From Candidatus Thalassarchaeum betae (GTDB lineage Archaea > Thermoplasmatota > Poseidoniia > Poseidoniales > Thalassarchaeaceae): a stretch of 64,000 nucleotides of DNA. Where the stretch lies: assembly GCA_003193925.1 (NCBI GenBank), contig PSPG01000005.1, positions 17,840 through 81,839 of the forward strand. The letters run 5' to 3'. The notes beneath the pieces are model-generated. The model was given only the letters and a program-made list of their open reading frames with translations, was not told the origin of the DNA and ran no database searches. The number at the start of each line of letters is the position of its first letter. Position 1 is the first letter of the stretch. Below, one piece after another: positions 19,029 through 28,396 of this stretch. The translations under genes were made by a program, and so were the position numbers.

Positions 19029-19670
19029 GTGACACTGTTGCTTCTCGCCTCGGCTTCCCAACGGAGGCACTCCTGGCTCAGTGACAGACTGGATGGGACC
19101 GGCACGAGAATCACAACCCGGCCCCTTGTCTCCGCGGAGCCGGGGCCCGGTGCAGGCTTGGAGGTCGGAGTGCAGGCTGAGGCCACTTGCCTCGCTAAAG
19201 CCGAGGCGGCTGCCATGGAGATGACCCTGTCTGGCGACTCGGGTTTCGACCTAGTCGTGGTCGCCGACACCCTAGTCGAGGATCCAGAGGACCCGCTGGT
19301 GGCAATGGGCAAGCCAGATGACGTGGTCGCTGCGGCAGCGATGCTCCTGAGGCTCTCAGGCCGCAGGCATCGCGTGTGGTCCTCCACCGCCCTCCTGTAC
19401 CCGCCGGACGGGCAGCGCGAGGGGACTGAGATGCTGCACAGGGGCTGGAGCGCAGACGTCTGGACGGATTCCGCGCTGGTCGAGTTCGAGGAGCTGAGCG
19501 AGGACCAGCTGGTCGAGCTGGTTCGCAGTGAGTCGTGGCTTGGCAAGGCGGGAGCGTACGACCTCGCGGGCCGAGCCAGCCAGCATGCCAGACTCATCGA
19601 GGGCTCCGAGGTAACTGTTCTCGGCTTCGCTACCTCGGCGATGGACGCACTGCTCGGGTTGCTCGACTAG
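19029..19670 (+). CDS. maf: Maf-family nucleoside triphosphate pyrophosphatase
   Basis: LLLASASQRR, VVADTLV, MGKP, LSGRRHRVWS, GKAGAY. Confidence 0.88.
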   Translation: MTLLLLASASQRRHSWLSDRLDGTGTRITTRPLVSAEPGPGAGLEVGVQAEATCLAKAEAAAMEMTLSGDSGFDLVVVADTLVEDPEDPLVAMGKPDDVVAAAAMLLRLSGRRHRVWSSTALLYPPDGQREGTEMLHRGWSADVWTDSALVEFEELSEDQLVELVRSESWLGKAGAYDLAGRASQHARLIEGSEVTVLGFATSAMDALLGLLD

Positions 19671-20164
19671 ACGAACACGACGCCGCCGTGCTTGAGCACG
19701 AAGTCGCGCTGGAGCTCGTCGAACCACTCCAGCATAGCCACGGTGAAGCGCACGGCGATGACCTCTTGGTCCATCAGAAGGTCGTCTTGGATCCCTTTGA
19801 GCGTGCCGGGGGCAGCGCCGCAGGACACGCAAGCGCCATCCAAGTCTAGAATCAGCGACAGTGCCGAGCCCCCGCTGTGCATCTCCTCGATATCCGCCCC
19901 GGTGACCACCAGACCTCCGCCGTGGCCGTCCAGAGCGGCCCTCACCGGACCTAGCCTGGCCATCAGTGCCGGCACCAAGTCGGAGTTGTCGCTCTCGACC
20001 AGTTCGACCAGAGAGAGCGCCTCGAGACGAGCGATCTCAACTGGGTCGTGAGCCTCGGTCACCCTCCTCTCGGCCTCCTTCTGCATCCCAGCCTTAATCT
20101 GAGCCCGATAGGTCTCCTCAAGGCTGTCAGACAGGGGCTGGGAGCCATCTTCGCCTAACTTCAT
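19667..20164 (-). CDS. NifU/NfuA-like Fe-S carrier
   Basis: VRAALDGHGGG and LDGACVSC (CxxC). Divergent from sufCBD. Confidence 0.8.
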   Translation of the reverse strand: MKLGEDGSQPLSDSLEETYRAQIKAGMQKEAERRVTEAHDPVEIARLEALSLVELVESDNSDLVPALMARLGPVRAALDGHGGGLVVTGADIEEMHSGGSALSLILDLDGACVSCGAAPGTLKGIQDDLLMDQEVIAVRFTVAMLEWFDELQRDFVLKHGGVVFV

Positions 20165-20189
20165 CACCACGCCGAGGTGGTAATCTGAT

Positions 20190-20205
20190 TTTAGGGTGAC
20201 CTAAA
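20190..20205. promoter_or_regulatory. Palindrome TTTAGG-GTGA-CCTAAA, a candidate DtxR-family (iron/manganese) operator
   Basis: Inverted repeat seen in the nifU/sufC divergent spacer. It resembles TTAGG-Nn-CCTAA DtxR-family boxes. Confidence 0.6.
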
Positions 20206-20260
20206 CTCAAAGCAGACGTTCAAAAGGGACCTAGTTTGGCTCAGTGACGAGGGACACAGT

Positions 20261-21037
20261 GTGAGTCGTGACGCTCCCCTACTGGAGATTCGAAACCTGC
20301 ATGCTGGAATCGACGATACGCCGATTCTCAAGGGCGTCGACATCACGATAAATCCGGGTGAGATCCATGCCATAATGGGACGAAACGGGAGCGGCAAGAC
20401 AACCGCCGCGAACATCATCATGGGGCACCCAGACTACAAGGTCGAGAAGGGGGATGTGCTGCTCTCCGGAGAGGACCTGCTGGAGCTCGAGCCGTGGGAG
20501 AGAGCACGCAAGGGCGTATTCCTCTGCTTCCAGTACCCACAGGCCGTCCCGGGACTGCAGGTCGGTAACTTCCTCAGGAAGTCCCTTGCCAGCATCAAGG
20601 GCGAGGAAGCCGCCAAGGGCACGAAGTTCAGAAAAACCCTGAAGGATGCCATGGAGGCTCTCGACATTCCTCGCAGCTTCCTCTCGAGGTACGTCAACGA
20701 CGGTTTCAGCGGAGGTGAGAAGAAGCGCTTCGAGATCCTCCAACTGCTCATCCTGCAACCGAAGCTGGCAGTGTTGGATGAGACCGACAGCGGCCTTGAC
20801 ATAGATGGCATCAGAATCGTCGCTGCCGGAATCAATTCGGCCATCAGGGGGACTGACTCAGGAGCCCTGATCATCACCCACTACTCAAGAATCCTCGAAT
20901 ACGTCCAGCCGGACAAGGTCCACGTTCTGATGGGAGGTCGGATAGTTGCTACAGGAGGCCCTGAACTCGCCATAAAACTAGAAGAACGAGGATACGAGTG
21001 GTTGGACTCGAAGGCGGAGGCGGAGGGACTAGCATGA
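20261..21037 (+). CDS. sufC: Fe-S assembly ATPase SufC
   Basis: [39 protein letters not shown]. Confidence 0.97.
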   Translation: MSRDAPLLEIRNLHAGIDDTPILKGVDITINPGEIHAIMGRNGSGKTTAANIIMGHPDYKVEKGDVLLSGEDLLELEPWERARKGVFLCFQYPQAVPGLQVGNFLRKSLASIKGEEAAKGTKFRKTLKDAMEALDIPRSFLSRYVNDGFSGGEKKRFEILQLLILQPKLAVLDETDSGLDIDGIRIVAAGINSAIRGTDSGALIITHYSRILEYVQPDKVHVLMGGRIVATGGPELAIKLEERGYEWLDSKAEAEGLA

Positions 21038-22449
21038 TGCCATCCAACCAGGAAGCACGGGAGACCGTCGGGGACTACAAGGCCGGATGGCACGATCCGG
21101 AGGACTCCACCATCCGCTTCGACTTCGGGCTCTCCGAGCAGGTCGTCAGGGACATCTCGGCCATCAAGGAAGAGCCGCAGTGGATGACCGACATCCGCGT
21201 CAAGGCGTACCACCACTTCATGGAGCGCCCGATGCCCACATGGGGTTCCACCGAGTTGCTCAACTCGATCGAGTTCGACAAGATCTGCTACTTCCTGCGC
21301 TCGGGCGAGGGCACTGAGACGGACTGGGATGACGTTCCAGAGGACATCCGCAACACCTTCAACAGACTAGGCATACCCGAGGCCGAGCAGAAGTGGCTCT
21401 CGGGAGTGACAGCCCAGTACGAGTCGGAGGCCGTCTACCACAGCATCCGCGACGACCTCGAGGAGCAGGGTGTCATCTTCCTCGACATGGATAGCGGTCT
21501 GCGCGAGTACCCTGACATCGTGAAGAAATACTTCTGCAGCCTCATCCCATACCAGGACAACAAGTTCAGCGCGCTCAACACCGCCGTATGGTCGGGAGGC
21601 TCGTTCATCTACGTCCCCAAGGGGGTCCACGTCGAGATGCCGGTGCAGGCCTACTTCCGCATCAACGCCAAGAACATGGGTCAGTTCGAACGCACGCTTA
21701 TCATCGCCGACGAAGACTCATCGATTCACTACGTCGAGGGCTGCACCGCCCCGACCTACTCAACCGATTCGCTGCACAGCGCCGTCGTTGAGCTATTCGC
21801 GCTGCCCGGCGCATACATCCGCTACACCACGATCCAGAACTGGTCGAACAACGTCTACAACCTAGTCACCAAGCGCGGCATCGCACACGAGAACTCGACC
21901 ATCGAATGGGTCGACGGCAACATCGGATCGAAGTTGACGATGAAGTACCCCGCAGTGATCCTCAAGGGCGAAGGCTCGCACGCGGAAGTCATCTCTGTAG
22001 CCTACGCCGGCGAAGGAATGCGTCAGGACGCCGGAGCGAAGGTGCATCATCTGGCGTCGAACACCACCAGCAAGATCCTCTCCAAGAGCATCAGCAAGGA
22101 CGGCGGCCGCGGAAGCTACCGGGGCATGGTGACGGTGAGCAAGAAGGCAGACAACTGCAAGGTGAGCGTCGTCTGTGACGCACTCATTCTCGACGGGCAA
22201 AGCCGCTCCGACACCTATCCCACGATGGAGATCAAGAACCCCTCGTGCCGCTGCGAACACGAAGCATCGGTCAGCAAGGTGAGCGACGACCAGTTGTTCT
22301 ACCTGATGAGCCGCGGGCACACAGAAGACAAGGCGCTGGCACTGATCGTCAATGGATTCTTCGAGCCATTCGTCCGCGAACTGCCGATGGAATACGCCGT
22401 CGAGCTCAACCAGCTGATGGCCCTCGAGATGGAAGGCAGTATAGGCTGA
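21034..22449 (+). CDS. sufB: Fe-S assembly protein SufB
   Basis: [42 protein letters not shown] overlap with sufC. Confidence 0.97.
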   Translation: MMPSNQEARETVGDYKAGWHDPEDSTIRFDFGLSEQVVRDISAIKEEPQWMTDIRVKAYHHFMERPMPTWGSTELLNSIEFDKICYFLRSGEGTETDWDDVPEDIRNTFNRLGIPEAEQKWLSGVTAQYESEAVYHSIRDDLEEQGVIFLDMDSGLREYPDIVKKYFCSLIPYQDNKFSALNTAVWSGGSFIYVPKGVHVEMPVQAYFRINAKNMGQFERTLIIADEDSSIHYVEGCTAPTYSTDSLHSAVVELFALPGAYIRYTTIQNWSNNVYNLVTKRGIAHENSTIEWVDGNIGSKLTMKYPAVILKGEGSHAEVISVAYAGEGMRQDAGAKVHHLASNTTSKILSKSISKDGGRGSYRGMVTVSKKADNCKVSVVCDALILDGQSRSDTYPTMEIKNPSCRCEHEASVSKVSDDQLFYLMSRGHTEDKALALIVNGFFEPFVRELPMEYAVELNQLMALEMEGSIG

Positions 22450-22464
22450 TGGCGGGGTGAGCCA

Positions 22465-23574
22465 TTGGACGCCGCCGCAGAGTACCTGTCCCTCGACGAG
22501 CCCGACAGGTCCAACCATCTCTGGAAGTACACGCCATGGCGCAGGGTTCATCCCACCGGTGACATCACCAGCATCCCGGACGGCATTGGATCGCCCCGAC
22601 TCAGGCTCATCGGCCTAGACGGAGGCGATGCACCCGATGGCATCCGACTGCAGGAGGGAGTGTCTTCGGTCTCCGTACTGCCGCAGAGCGATGTCGTCAC
22701 GAGTTCGTTCTTGCAGGCTGTTTCAGCAAGTTCGCAATGGACCCTACATGTCGAGCCAAACTTCTCCTCGCAACACCCTGTGATGCTCGACATCGATGCG
22801 GGTGACTCAACCTCCGTCCTGCATCTGGTACTAGACGTGGGGCGCTTGTCCGAGTTGGAACTGATCACGCGGGTGAGTGGTTCCGGGGAGTGGTTCGGCT
22901 TCCTGCGTACAGGCGAGATCGGAGAGGGCAGTATCCTCAACGACGTGGTAGTCTGCGTGCAGGACGGGGGGACCTTGCTCCGGGTCGATTCGATAGCAAT
23001 CGGCAGGGACGCGCAGGTGCGCGCGGGAACTGTCTGTTCCGGCTCCGAGCGGACCAAAGCGGACCTGCGCTACCGGATGGGCGAGCCCGGAGGAAACCTC
23101 AGGATCCTGGGCTCGGTGCTCTCGTCTGATGGGATGCATCTGGACCACCACTTGGAGATACACCACGATGCGCCCGAGACGTTCAGCCGGCTGGCCTGGA
23201 ACTCCGCATGTGGGGGCAAGAGCAGGACTGTAGGGACGGGGATGCTCAGGGTCGCCGACGGCTCACGCGGGACGGATGCCGCTCAGCTCTTCCACAACCT
23301 GCTCCTCTCCAAGGACGCTGAGGCGGACTCGATCCCCGAGTTGGAGGTCCTCGAGCACGAGGTCGTCGGATGCGGTCATGGGACGGCCAACGGGCCCATC
23401 GACGAGGACCAACTGTTCTACCTCGAGACCAGGGGCTTCGACCCCTCCGACGCGAGGGGTTCCCTGATCGCCGCATTCCTGAACTCGACCCTGTCCGAGA
23501 TGGGAAGCGAGGCCCTGCACGGCTGGCTGGTCAGGCTGCTGGCCTCTGAGTTGGAGTCACTGGGCGCCCCCTGA
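22465..23574 (+). CDS. sufD: SufD-like Fe-S assembly protein
   Basis: WKYTPW, NLLLSKDAEADSIPELEV, CGHG...GPIDEDQLFYLETRG. Confidence 0.9.
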   Translation: MDAAAEYLSLDEPDRSNHLWKYTPWRRVHPTGDITSIPDGIGSPRLRLIGLDGGDAPDGIRLQEGVSSVSVLPQSDVVTSSFLQAVSASSQWTLHVEPNFSSQHPVMLDIDAGDSTSVLHLVLDVGRLSELELITRVSGSGEWFGFLRTGEIGEGSILNDVVVCVQDGGTLLRVDSIAIGRDAQVRAGTVCSGSERTKADLRYRMGEPGGNLRILGSVLSSDGMHLDHHLEIHHDAPETFSRLAWNSACGGKSRTVGTGMLRVADGSRGTDAAQLFHNLLLSKDAEADSIPELEVLEHEVVGCGHGTANGPIDEDQLFYLETRGFDPSDARGSLIAAFLNSTLSEMGSEALHGWLVRLLASELESLGAP

Positions 23575-23586
23575 GGCAGCAAGCGA

Positions 23587-24372
23587 TTAGGCCGAGCGGT
23601 CCCTATAACTCGACAGAAGGGCTGTCATCAGAAGACCGGCGGCTGCGCCGAACATCATTCCCTGTTCCTCCATCCCAGAGCCGGCCAAGTCCCGAAAGGC
23701 GAGTGTCATGGCCCCCGTCATCGGCACCACGAAGACGACGAATCGCCCGAGCCACTCCTTTGGAGTAGGGGCCCTGCCCATTGGCCTGAGGGTGACTGAA
23801 CTGGACTTCTGGATGACCTGCCATTCCGCCTTCTGGGCGTCAACCCTGAGCCTCTGCAGGACTGCGGGCCTGATTCCGGGGTCGGCCGAGCCCACGTGCA
23901 GCGTCTCGCCTCGGCCGGTCACCAGCTTCAGCCTGCCTAGGTCGGCCCTGCGCTCGAGAAGCCTCTCGGTCAGTGCCGCGGCAGAGGGCGCATCGAGGCC
24001 GTGCAGGTCGACCACCAGCACCCCTCTGTCTCGTCTGACCTGCTCCTCGACGGTCCAAGCCGTCCCCGAGCCACTCCTTGGAGCCCTCTCCTCGATTGGT
24101 GAGAGGATGGCTCGGACCTTGGTCACCTCCTGCTTCCTTTCGGCCTCGACGTTGCGGCCTGAGCGCGACGACTCGGCCATTCTGTAGTACGCGAATGTGG
24201 TGACGATGACCCCGCCGGCAAGGCCAGCCACGATGCCAGAGCGCACAGACCCCATCACATCCGGACTGTCTAGGCCACTGAGGAAGATGGCGACGAAAGT
24301 GGCCATGACCGCGACCATCGAGCCTACTACCCCGCCGAGCCATGCAGCATCGCGGAACCCGAGGTCGGCCAT
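23587..24372 (-). CDS. Membrane protein with a central Smr-like domain
   Basis: Two N-terminal TM segments, VVDLHGL...LKLVTGRG...H (Smr motifs), then two C-terminal TM segments. Confidence 0.7.
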   Translation of the reverse strand: MADLGFRDAAWLGGVVGSMVAVMATFVAIFLSGLDSPDVMGSVRSGIVAGLAGGVIVTTFAYYRMAESSRSGRNVEAERKQEVTKVRAILSPIEERAPRSGSGTAWTVEEQVRRDRGVLVVDLHGLDAPSAAALTERLLERRADLGRLKLVTGRGETLHVGSADPGIRPAVLQRLRVDAQKAEWQVIQKSSSVTLRPMGRAPTPKEWLGRFVVFVVPMTGAMTLAFRDLAGSGMEEQGMMFGAAAGLLMTALLSSYRDRSA

Positions 24373-24464
24373 GGTGGTCGGAGCACGGGGTTGCTCAAGA
24401 GTCCGAGGGTTGGAATCAGGGTTACCGAAGCAGCATTCATCAGGGGCGAGCCGCTGGGAGAAAT

Positions 24465-25214
24465 GTGGGAGTTCTAGCTAATGGGCTCGGAGATCGGGTC
24501 AGGGAAGTCAAAGTCAGCAGAGTCCTGGTAGCCGCCGCTGGCGGATACCTGCTTCTGATGTTCATAGCGCCTCTGGCGATGCCCGAGGGAACGGTACCTG
24601 AGCTCTCCGGACGCGCCAACACATTCGACTACGCCACCGCGAGCGGGTGGGGGAACCAGGATAACGGCGAGGGTGCGAGTGTGGGGCACGACCAATCGGC
24701 TCACGGCGGGACATTCGCTTGGACGGAGTTAAACCCGGTATGGGGATTCGTGTACGCCGTCGGTGACCTGAACTGCCACCAGAAGTACGAGCGCTCATGG
24801 AAGATCAACGGGAATCAGATGCCGATGTGCACCCGGGACGTTGGAATCATCTTCGGATTCGTGGTCGGTGCCGCCTTGTTCGGATGGCGCGGCCTCAACC
24901 GCTGGACGGTTCGCGACACCTTCCTCTCGATATTCCCGAACGAGAGGCTGGAGCCCGTTTACTTGAGCGACAGGAGGATGACGGCCATGCTCGCGATCAT
25001 CGGACTGGGGCTGCTGCCGATGGCAGTTGACGGGTTCACCCAGATGTTGACCGACTACGAGTCCACCCACCTCATCAGGCTGGTCACCGGCTTCGCAGCC
25101 GGGCTGGTTGTCGGCTGGTGGTTCTCATCCTCGCTGTCCGCCCGGACCAAGTACTTCGGGGATGACCCACGCCTAGTGGTCCTGCCGGCCGACGCAAGAC
25201 TAGTGACCAAGTGA
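24465..25214 (+). CDS. DUF2085-like membrane protein
   Basis: LNCHQKYERSW...NQMPMCTRDVGI, DGFTQ, RLVTG. Probable GTG start at 24465. Confidence 0.75.
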   Translation: MGVLANGLGDRVREVKVSRVLVAAAGGYLLLMFIAPLAMPEGTVPELSGRANTFDYATASGWGNQDNGEGASVGHDQSAHGGTFAWTELNPVWGFVYAVGDLNCHQKYERSWKINGNQMPMCTRDVGIIFGFVVGAALFGWRGLNRWTVRDTFLSIFPNERLEPVYLSDRRMTAMLAIIGLGLLPMAVDGFTQMLTDYESTHLIRLVTGFAAGLVVGWWFSSSLSARTKYFGDDPRLVVLPADARLVTK

Positions 25215-26567
25215 TCACACGGTCTTGCCCTGCCACCAGGAAACCAGCCCGCTGGCCCCAGCGGGGTTCGAAGCTCCTTCTATGCCGCAGCCGAGCAACG
25301 CGATACGCTCCAGAGTGTCGCGCACGGCAGCCGGATGCCGACCTGACCTGACTATCTGGCCCATGGCGAAGCGGAGATGGGTATCGGGATTGACTGCAAT
25401 CCACTTCGAGATAGCTTCCCTGAGTGGCCAAATCGCCAGCACCAGCGTCCCCGCGGTGCGATATCGCTCCTTCAACTGCGAGCGGGGGGCATCGCGTCCG
25501 AGCAGGGCCCGGTGCTTGTGCACCCAGTCTGTGCGCTCGTGGAGGAACTTGACGAGCCTCTGCGTATGGCGCTCGGACACAGCCCTGACGGGGCCGAGCG
25601 CTCTACGCAGCTCCGCCACATCGGCGGATGGCATCAGAGCGAGAGTGCCGCAGATGGCAGACATGGAATGCGAGAGGATGCTCTTGGGAACGTCGACCCT
25701 AGCATCCTCGCTGACGCGCTCCAACGCTGCGTCGTGCTCGTTCTGGGCCTCCTTGAGTGTCTTCCACGGCGCTCTGCCGTCCAACCATCCCTCTTTGGTG
25801 AGAGTCTGCTCGACGCCCAGTCCAATCAGTGTGGTCTGGCCCTTGGAGGCGTGGAGCAGTCGCCTCAGGAGGTGCCTCTCGACGACCTCGGTGTCGACAT
25901 TCAAAGGAGCTGGTCTGGAGTGGACGAACTTCCGGATCCTGCTGATCAGAGCCCGGCGGAACTCGGCCTCGGTGCCCTCGTTCAGAACAGGTCCGATGAC
26001 AGCCCCCATATCGAATGGAGTGGGCATCTCCAACTCGCCTGACAGCAGCGAGGTGTAGCCCCGCCTGATGCGCTGCTGCAGCTCCGTCGTCTCGAAGTAC
26101 TCCTCCTTCTCCGTCAGCGCCCTCAGGCTCCCTGTCTTGATCCTCTTCAATGCGACCTCGGGATCGCAGTCGACCCAGATGCAGAGGTCGGGAACAAGGG
26201 CCGCCGAGTTCATGTGGGCGACCCTGTCGACCCCGAGCCCGCCGACGACCCCCTGATAGACGAGTGAGGAGTGGATGTTCCGCTCGCTGACCACTGCCCT
26301 GCCCTCCTCGAGGCGAGGCAGTATCCAGCCGTGAGAGTGATCCACCCTGTCGGCTGCGAACAGGCCGGCCTCCTGCTCAGGGGTCATGGTCTGCCTTCGC
26401 ACCGCGTCTATTGCGAGACGGCCGAGCGGATGCTCCCTCCTAGGCTCCCCGGTCGCCTCGACTGAGGTGAACGAGAACTCCTTGCTGAGGACCTCTGAAA
26501 CGACCTTGGTCGCCACTCCCTTGCCGCTCCCATCACCGCCCTCTATCGTTATCAGATACACGGGCAA
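25215..26567 (-). CDS. tmk: Thymidylate kinase with a ~230-aa C-terminal extension
   Basis: ITIEGGDGSGK, LFAADRVDH, VVSERNIHSSLVYQG, PDLCIWVD. Confidence 0.85.
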   Translation of the reverse strand: MPVYLITIEGGDGSGKGVATKVVSEVLSKEFSFTSVEATGEPRREHPLGRLAIDAVRRQTMTPEQEAGLFAADRVDHSHGWILPRLEEGRAVVSERNIHSSLVYQGVVGGLGVDRVAHMNSAALVPDLCIWVDCDPEVALKRIKTGSLRALTEKEEYFETTELQQRIRRGYTSLLSGELEMPTPFDMGAVIGPVLNEGTEAEFRRALISRIRKFVHSRPAPLNVDTEVVERHLLRRLLHASKGQTTLIGLGVEQTLTKEGWLDGRAPWKTLKEAQNEHDAALERVSEDARVDVPKSILSHSMSAICGTLALMPSADVAELRRALGPVRAVSERHTQRLVKFLHERTDWVHKHRALLGRDAPRSQLKERYRTAGTLVLAIWPLREAISKWIAVNPDTHLRFAMGQIVRSGRHPAAVRDTLERIALLGCGIEGASNPAGASGLVSWWQGKTV

Positions 26568-26575
26568 ACCTCAAA

Positions 26576-27325
26576 CTAATCCTCTGTGTAGTCTGTGAAC
26601 TGATCCCTAGCGAGATGCGTCATGCCCATGCCGAGGAGTATGAACAACGGACCTAGGAATAGCATGCCTCGACTCCACAGTCCGAAGAATGAGAGCCACC
26701 AGGTGCGTCGGTAGTGATCGCCGCGGTAGGCCTCCAGACCGCCCACCATCCCTGCGAGCCCGGCCAGCAGCGTCAATCCAGCGATGGTGGTTCCGATGAG
26801 CACCGACTCGCCGAGATGGCTCTCGCCGGTCATGTCGTACTCGTACAGCCCGTCTCCCGGAGTCAGAGTGACGGAAATCTGAGCGTGGTCCCCGGGAACC
26901 AGCAGTATCCGAACGGTAACGTTCCCGGGGTGGTCGACAAGCAGCGTCGAAGAGCGTCTGGGAACGTCCTCGACCGAGAAACGCCCGCCTGAGTCGGTGA
27001 TGTCGTGGCCTATCTCCAGGTCGTCGAAATCGAGGACGCTCACCCTGACGCCCTCAACCGGGTCGCCGCCCGTGGTGTTGTCCTCCAACGCCGTGCTCAC
27101 TATGCCATTGACATTGGCGACCCCATCGGAGCTGTCCAGTTGGCCACTCAGAATCTCGCCGACGTCGGCGGATATCAGAGCGACTCCAAGAATTGCTCCA
27201 AGCAGGCTGCCGACGAATATCATCAACGCCCCCGCCACCCTAGTGGCTGGGTCTATCGAGAGGTCATGCAGCCAGAGTTCCATGGCGCTGTAATCGTCGA
27301 ACTCGTCGTCGCTCGAGTCGTTCAT
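26576..27325 (-). CDS. Membrane protein with a carboxypeptidase-regulatory-like (beta-sandwich) domain
   Basis: TM segment, PVEGVRVSV...TDSGGRFSV motif, two or three C-terminal TM segments. Confidence 0.6.
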   Translation of the reverse strand: MNDSSDDEFDDYSAMELWLHDLSIDPATRVAGALMIFVGSLLGAILGVALISADVGEILSGQLDSSDGVANVNGIVSTALEDNTTGGDPVEGVRVSVLDFDDLEIGHDITDSGGRFSVEDVPRRSSTLLVDHPGNVTVRILLVPGDHAQISVTLTPGDGLYEYDMTGESHLGESVLIGTTIAGLTLLAGLAGMVGGLEAYRGDHYRRTWWLSFFGLWSRGMLFLGPLFILLGMGMTHLARDQFTDYTED

Positions 27326-28320
27326 CGGGCTTCACCTGCCTCTTGCTCCCCCTCGCTGGGAGCTGGCGGCTGTTCAGTTTGCCGCCTGAGGAGGAGCAGC
27401 ATCAGGAAGTGGATTATCGCGCCCAGCGCGCGCATCGAGCTGAGGATGACGACCAGCGCCGCGATGAGCAGGACCGGCCAGATCGACGTGAGAATCCTCG
27501 AGACATCCGAATCGGTGATGTCATCCTCGACGAGCTCCTGGCCCGACTCGAAACTCACTAGGTGCATCGACGACCAGTTCTTCCCGGTGACCAGGAAGGC
27601 GTCCTGCTCGGAGACGTAAGCGATGCCGTTCAGGACCTCGTTGGATCCGCCTGACTCTGATTCAGCCAACTGCGATGCGTCGACGGTGAACTCCACTGCT
27701 CCCGAAGTTGAGTTGATCGCCAGGATGGAGTCGCTGCCCAAGACATTGGCGTAGATCATCCCCCCGACGCACTCCAGCTCGTTGAGCAGGCTCGCCTCCT
27801 GACCGTCGAGAGTGACGAGGAGGGTGCTCTGGACAGTGAAGTCGGACGGGTCCCTGAGGGCCAGCTCGGAAGTGCCGTTGGACATCACCAGGAACTCGCC
27901 ATTGTAGCACAGTCCCCAGCCCTCGCCAGAGTACGTGTGATTGCCGACGACTTCGAAAGTCTCGATGTCGAAGACCAGAGCGATCCCCTCCTTCCAAGTC
28001 AGCATCACGATGGTATCTCCGAGGATAGTGATCCCCTCTCCGAACAGACTCTGATCGAGTTGCGTCTGACGCAGCACCTCCCCGCTCGAGGGATCCACCT
28101 CCCTTAGGCTTGAATGGCCATACAGTCCGGTGCTCTCGTACAGGGAGCCACCGTGCATCTCGAATCCCTGAGTGAATGCCTCGTCGTCATGGGAATGTGA
28201 CGAGATAACGTGTAACTCGGCCGCGTCTGAGCCACCGGAAGCAGCAACCGGACTGGGCAGCAGAAGCAGTGCGACGAGCAGGCCCGGGGAGACACGCAGC
28301 GCCGTGCTAGGCCAAATCAT
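27322..28320 (-). CDS. Glutaminyl-peptide cyclotransferase (beta-propeller type), membrane-anchored
   Basis: FTQGFE, FGEGIT, EGWGL, LNELE, VLNGIA. Start set at ATG 28320, which gives a signal peptide. Confidence 0.9.
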   Translation of the reverse strand: MIWPSTALRVSPGLLVALLLLPSPVAASGGSDAAELHVISSHSHDDEAFTQGFEMHGGSLYESTGLYGHSSLREVDPSSGEVLRQTQLDQSLFGEGITILGDTIVMLTWKEGIALVFDIETFEVVGNHTYSGEGWGLCYNGEFLVMSNGTSELALRDPSDFTVQSTLLVTLDGQEASLLNELECVGGMIYANVLGSDSILAINSTSGAVEFTVDASQLAESESGGSNEVLNGIAYVSEQDAFLVTGKNWSSMHLVSFESGQELVEDDITDSDVSRILTSIWPVLLIAALVVILSSMRALGAIIHFLMLLLLRRQTEQPPAPSEGEQEAGEAR

Positions 28321-28396
28321 GTACGAACGGCGCTCCATCGATGTTAAAATAGGTCTTTGAGCGGATTGAACCTGAAAGCAACACGGAGTGTTGAAC

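Noticed and set aside
24770-24840. CHQ...MC in the DUF2085-like protein as a heme-attachment site for the Ccm system
   Set aside because: It is not CxxCH. It matches the family's usual motif and there is no linkage to the ccm genes.
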